A DNA stretch of 63,735 nucleotides, filler included, from Phoronis australis (lineage: Eukaryota > Animalia > Phoronida): the NCBI GenBank assembly GCA_002633005.1. It is 4 parts of 4 records of this genome, joined end to end, with 100 filler letters (N's around TTAATTAATTAA, not from the genome) between each part and the next. Parts side by side here need not be neighbours in the genome. Positions count along the whole stretch, not along the records: positions 61,652 to 63,735 come from NMRA01003856.1; 3 more parts are not named here. One strand, given 5' to 3'. The notes beneath the pieces are model-generated. The model was not told the DNA's origin and searched no databases. It saw only the letters and a program-made list of their open reading frames with translations. Positions 62,991 to 63,735 of the stretch are shown one piece after another. Made by a program: the position numbers and the translations under genes. Positions within the stretch are counted from its first letter, which is position 1, and every line of letters begins with the position of its first letter.

Positions 62991-63364
62991 GTAAATATGC
63001 AAGAATTGTCCTGAATACCGGGCAATTACCATCGGCCTTGAGAAGTCATTTCAAGTACTTGGTTGTCGTGACAATTAGGATGCTGTCTTGGACGATTCCT
63101 CTAGAAATGCTTTGTCTCAGTCGTGAAATGGATTGACTTTCATTTGATATTGTCAAATAGTGCACTTGCTTTAAAAAATAATTACATAATCACAGGCACT
63201 ACACGCTGTACCCGACGTGCGCAGGCCACTCAAATGGACCCATTGCATTTATCACCCGGAACCATTTCTACGCTTCATTGAGTGAAGGAAGGGGACACTT
63301 ATTCCTATAGGCCACACTGCGCCTATTTGCTTGTACTGTATCTGACTTATGAAACTATGTCTTT

Positions 63365-63735
63365 CAGAGTTGGAATTTTCCGCGGAAACACGGATTTCCG
63401 CTTTTTTCAAATGTTCTGTCCGCGCATTTTATTATATTTCCGCGTAAAAAAAAATCGGATTTGATATAAAATTTCCGCGGCAAATCTCTTTCTTACCGCG
63501 TTGCAGACGACGTTCACCTCGAAAAGCGGAAGTTGCTCTTTATGTTTCGGAGGAACGTAAATTGTCAACATTGCCGGGGCATCTGGGATAGCGTGGCGGG
63601 ATTTTCAATGGCGTCTTGTGTTATTGTAAACCGCGGCAACAAATACTACGGCTCTGCAGCCAAAAATGTGTGGGTTGGGAGTGGACGGACGAGCTAAAAG
63701 AACGCAGATGCATGCTACTGATGGTGGTAATGTTT
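63365..63735 (+). mobile_element. hAT-like MITE, copy 3 (runs off the window)
   Basis: Co-linear with copies 1 and 2. Confidence 0.8.

Overview
Repeat-rich animal genomic DNA, probably from a marine invertebrate (inferred from the repeat families), with spliceosomal introns. It is not prokaryotic: no CRISPR array, rRNA or operon is visible. Three identical 100-bp N44-TTAATTAATTAA-N44 linkers (28334, 55695, 61552) show that four separate scaffolds have been concatenated. Host genes: (i) eight phase-consistent exons of a large extracellular receptor (LamG/pentraxin-like, two C-type lectin domains, Ser/Thr stalk, probable start of a GAIN domain; probably an adhesion GPCR) at about 38.2-55.7 kb; (ii) five exons of GPN1 at 55.8-59.7 kb; (iii) two exons of an unidentified gene at 62-63 kb. 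The rest is nested mobile DNA: a CR1-type LINE with a 2A/StopGo motif, an L1/Tx1 3' fragment, RTE and RTEX-like LINEs, Penelope fragments, a tRNA-derived SINE, a Gmr1-type (integrase-before-RT) Ty3/gypsy pol fragment, a Kolobok-like element and many MITEs. It also holds three copies of a transposase-less DNA-transposon family with convergent THAP and SAP...YqaJ genes (ISL2EU-like). I found no demonstrably new biological system. The best leads are that family, the LTR-less Gmr1 insert inside one of its copies, and the receptor architecture. All domain calls come from motif recognition by eye, not database searches.
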